A DNA stretch of 63,988 nt, the filler included, from Klebsormidium nitens (taxonomy: Eukaryota > Plantae > Klebsormidiophyceae): NCBI GenBank assembly GCA_000708835.1. It is 7 parts of 7 records of this genome, joined end to end, with 100 filler letters (N's around TTAATTAATTAA, not from the genome) between each part and the next. Parts side by side here need not be neighbours in the genome. Positions count along the whole stretch, not along the records: positions 62,555 to 63,988 come from DF237711.1; 6 more parts are not named here. The stretch is one strand, 5' to 3'. The notes beneath the pieces were generated by a model. It saw only the letters and a list, made by a program, of their open reading frames with translations. It was not told the DNA's origin and searched no databases. This document shows, in pieces, positions 62,585 to 63,988 of the stretch. The position numbers and the translations under genes were made by a program. How positions within the stretch are numbered: the first letter of the stretch is position 1; every line of letters starts with the position of its first letter.

Positions 62585-63988
62585 CTAACTAATCAGTCTT
62601 TGGGAAGAAGGCAAGAAGACGCAATTTTTCTGAGAGGCGCTCTTGCTGAGGTGATCCCAAGGCGTGCTGAGAAGCTTCGCATGGTTTCCGCACATGTGAA
62701 GTAGACAGGCAGCGTGTGACCCTGTCCAACCGTCACACCTGAGAGCAGAGCTCCACTTGCTTATTGGAACTTGCTTGGGGTTCCAGGCATCGATGCCTTC
62801 TCTTGACATCAGGTACCGGTAGAGATGTTCAGCTGTAGTGCTGGTGAGGCTTTCACAAAGCCGATTGAAGTACGGTTGATCTCCGATTCTAGAGTCGGAG
62901 GCTTCGAAGCAAGCGTAACGGCGATCAGTTGCCTCCTTCTTAATTGGCCAGGCCTCGTTTGTATTAAACCAGTAGTTAGCAAGATCGGGTACTTGAAGAG
63001 GATCGATCCCTTTCTTTTCAAGAATCGTTGTGTCTTGGGTGATCAGGCTTTTCAAACGGTTATTACTCTTGTATGCCCCACCCCAACTGCTCACTTCGTC
63101 GAAGCATACCAATAGAAGGTTCGCAGCTATTCCATTGAACTTGCCAATCACTTTTTCCATATCATTGCAGTAAAGATAGTATCGAGATCCGATGACATGT
63201 TTGCCCACAAAATCTGTCACAATCGATTTGCCTGCGCCTTGGTCCGAACGAAACACGAGAGCAGTACCTATCTTTTTGAACGGCTTTTGAACAAGATGGG
63301 CCAACCAATTTAGAATGTACTCTGCCACAGCAGGATCGTTGTCGGCCAATACCTCCTTGATGTGCTTCAAGAGGAGAGCAATCTGTTTCATGTCAACAGG
63401 TTGATTCGCTGCGTAAGTGTAGGGGAACCCGTAGAACAGGTTGTAGTTGTCAGGTGAAACCGCACGAAAGTTCGTTTCGAAGACTACCTTGCTGAGCGTC
63501 CTTCTCGCTGATGACTTGCACCACAATTTTCCAAGATTTCCAATCTTTAGGCTGTCCAAATTGAATGATTCTGACCGTTCGAGGAACTCAGCTCTTGTTC
63601 GAAGGATGCTGTCATTTGGTACCCATGCATTGCCTCTTTCAACGAAAAGGGTCTCGATAAAGAGCACTTTTGAGCTGCCGTCTAGAACGCAGATGTAGTG
63701 GTTCATTGTGTCGATAGCAGTCTGTGTGAGTTGTTGGCACATGCTTTGATATTGCACTTTGTCGACATTGCTTTTGCTGCTTGATATGATTCTCTCCGCT
63801 TCCTCAATAGGGCGCAGATCAAAACGTGCTTTGGAAATCAAAAGCGAAGGCCAATGGTGCAGCCCAAGAAGTACTCTTGGTCGGGCTTTGCATACTGTTG
63901 ACAGGCAGCGGTATTCCATGCAGATCCCGTTGCAGATGATGCTGAAACTGTTGCTCGTATGTTCCTCTCCGTAACGACAGATCCTACA
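62585..63988 (-). CDS. Viral/Polinton-type primase-helicase: zinc finger plus SF3 (D5/DUF5906-like) helicase, 5'-truncated
   Basis: The frame is open from the window end with CRICRYGEEH...YRC. It continues with YILNWLAHLVQKP, Walker A GAGKS, Walker B VCFDE, LKSLIT, motif C FNTN and the arginine finger DRRY. It has no introns. Confidence 0.85.
   Translation of the reverse strand, partial: CRICRYGEEHTSNSFSIICNGICMEYRCLSTVCKARPRVLLGLHHWPSLLISKARFDLRPIEEAERIISSSKSNVDKVQYQSMCQQLTQTAIDTMNHYICVLDGSSKVLFIETLFVERGNAWVPNDSILRTRAEFLERSESFNLDSLKIGNLGKLWCKSSARRTLSKVVFETNFRAVSPDNYNLFYGFPYTYAANQPVDMKQIALLLKHIKEVLADNDPAVAEYILNWLAHLVQKPFKKIGTALVFRSDQGAGKSIVTDFVGKHVIGSRYYLYCNDMEKVIGKFNGIAANLLLVCFDEVSSWGGAYKSNNRLKSLITQDTTILEKKGIDPLQVPDLANYWFNTNEAWPIKKEATDRRYACFEASDSRIGDQPYFNRLCESLTSTTAEHLYRYLMSREGIDAWNPKQVPISKWSSALRCDGWTGSHAACLLHMCGNHAKLLSTPWDHLSKSASQKNCVFLPSSQRLIS

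Noticed and set aside
53127-63988. Treating capsid, fibre, CBP80, Cys-rich ORF and primase-helicase as one gene cluster
   Set aside because: They lie on four different contigs separated by artificial spacers and differ in composition.

Overview
This is eukaryotic, intron-rich sequence made of seven separate pieces joined by artificial 100-nt spacers (N44-TTAATTAATTAA-N44), so adjacency across spacers is not biological evidence. The host for 1-53026 is inferred to be a Klebsormidium-like streptophyte alga (GC3-rich exons, long AT-richer introns, a TTTTAGGG telomere-type motif). Piece A (1-11305) holds the decayed 3' end of a non-LTR retrotransposon with a zf-RVT finger and an OTU protease, then TIM9 and a GT8 glycosyltransferase. 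Piece B (11406-41961) holds an ABCG half-transporter with degenerate catalytic motifs, ALG8, a DnaJ-type zinc-finger gene, CCDC86/Cgr1, TMCO1 and a two-RRM glycine-rich hnRNP-like gene. Piece C (42062-53026) is a three-copy tandem array of LRR receptor-like genes. In the two copies with visible 3' ends, the LRR ectodomain and TM helix splice in frame into a multipass domain with XK-related (scramblase family) motifs; this is the most interesting signal. Piece D (53127-57467) is a Polinton-like-virus-type segment with a major capsid N-terminus and a decayed fibre gene. Piece E is a very GC-rich CBP80 fragment, probably from a different, chlorophyte-like genome. Piece F is a Cys-rich, possibly transposase-related ORF plus a tandem repeat. 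Piece G is a viral/Polinton-type primase-SF3 helicase. A second recurrent pattern is degenerate tandem 'echo' copies of exon boundaries inside flanking introns. No rRNA, tRNA or CRISPR array was recognised. All family calls come from motif recognition, not database searches.
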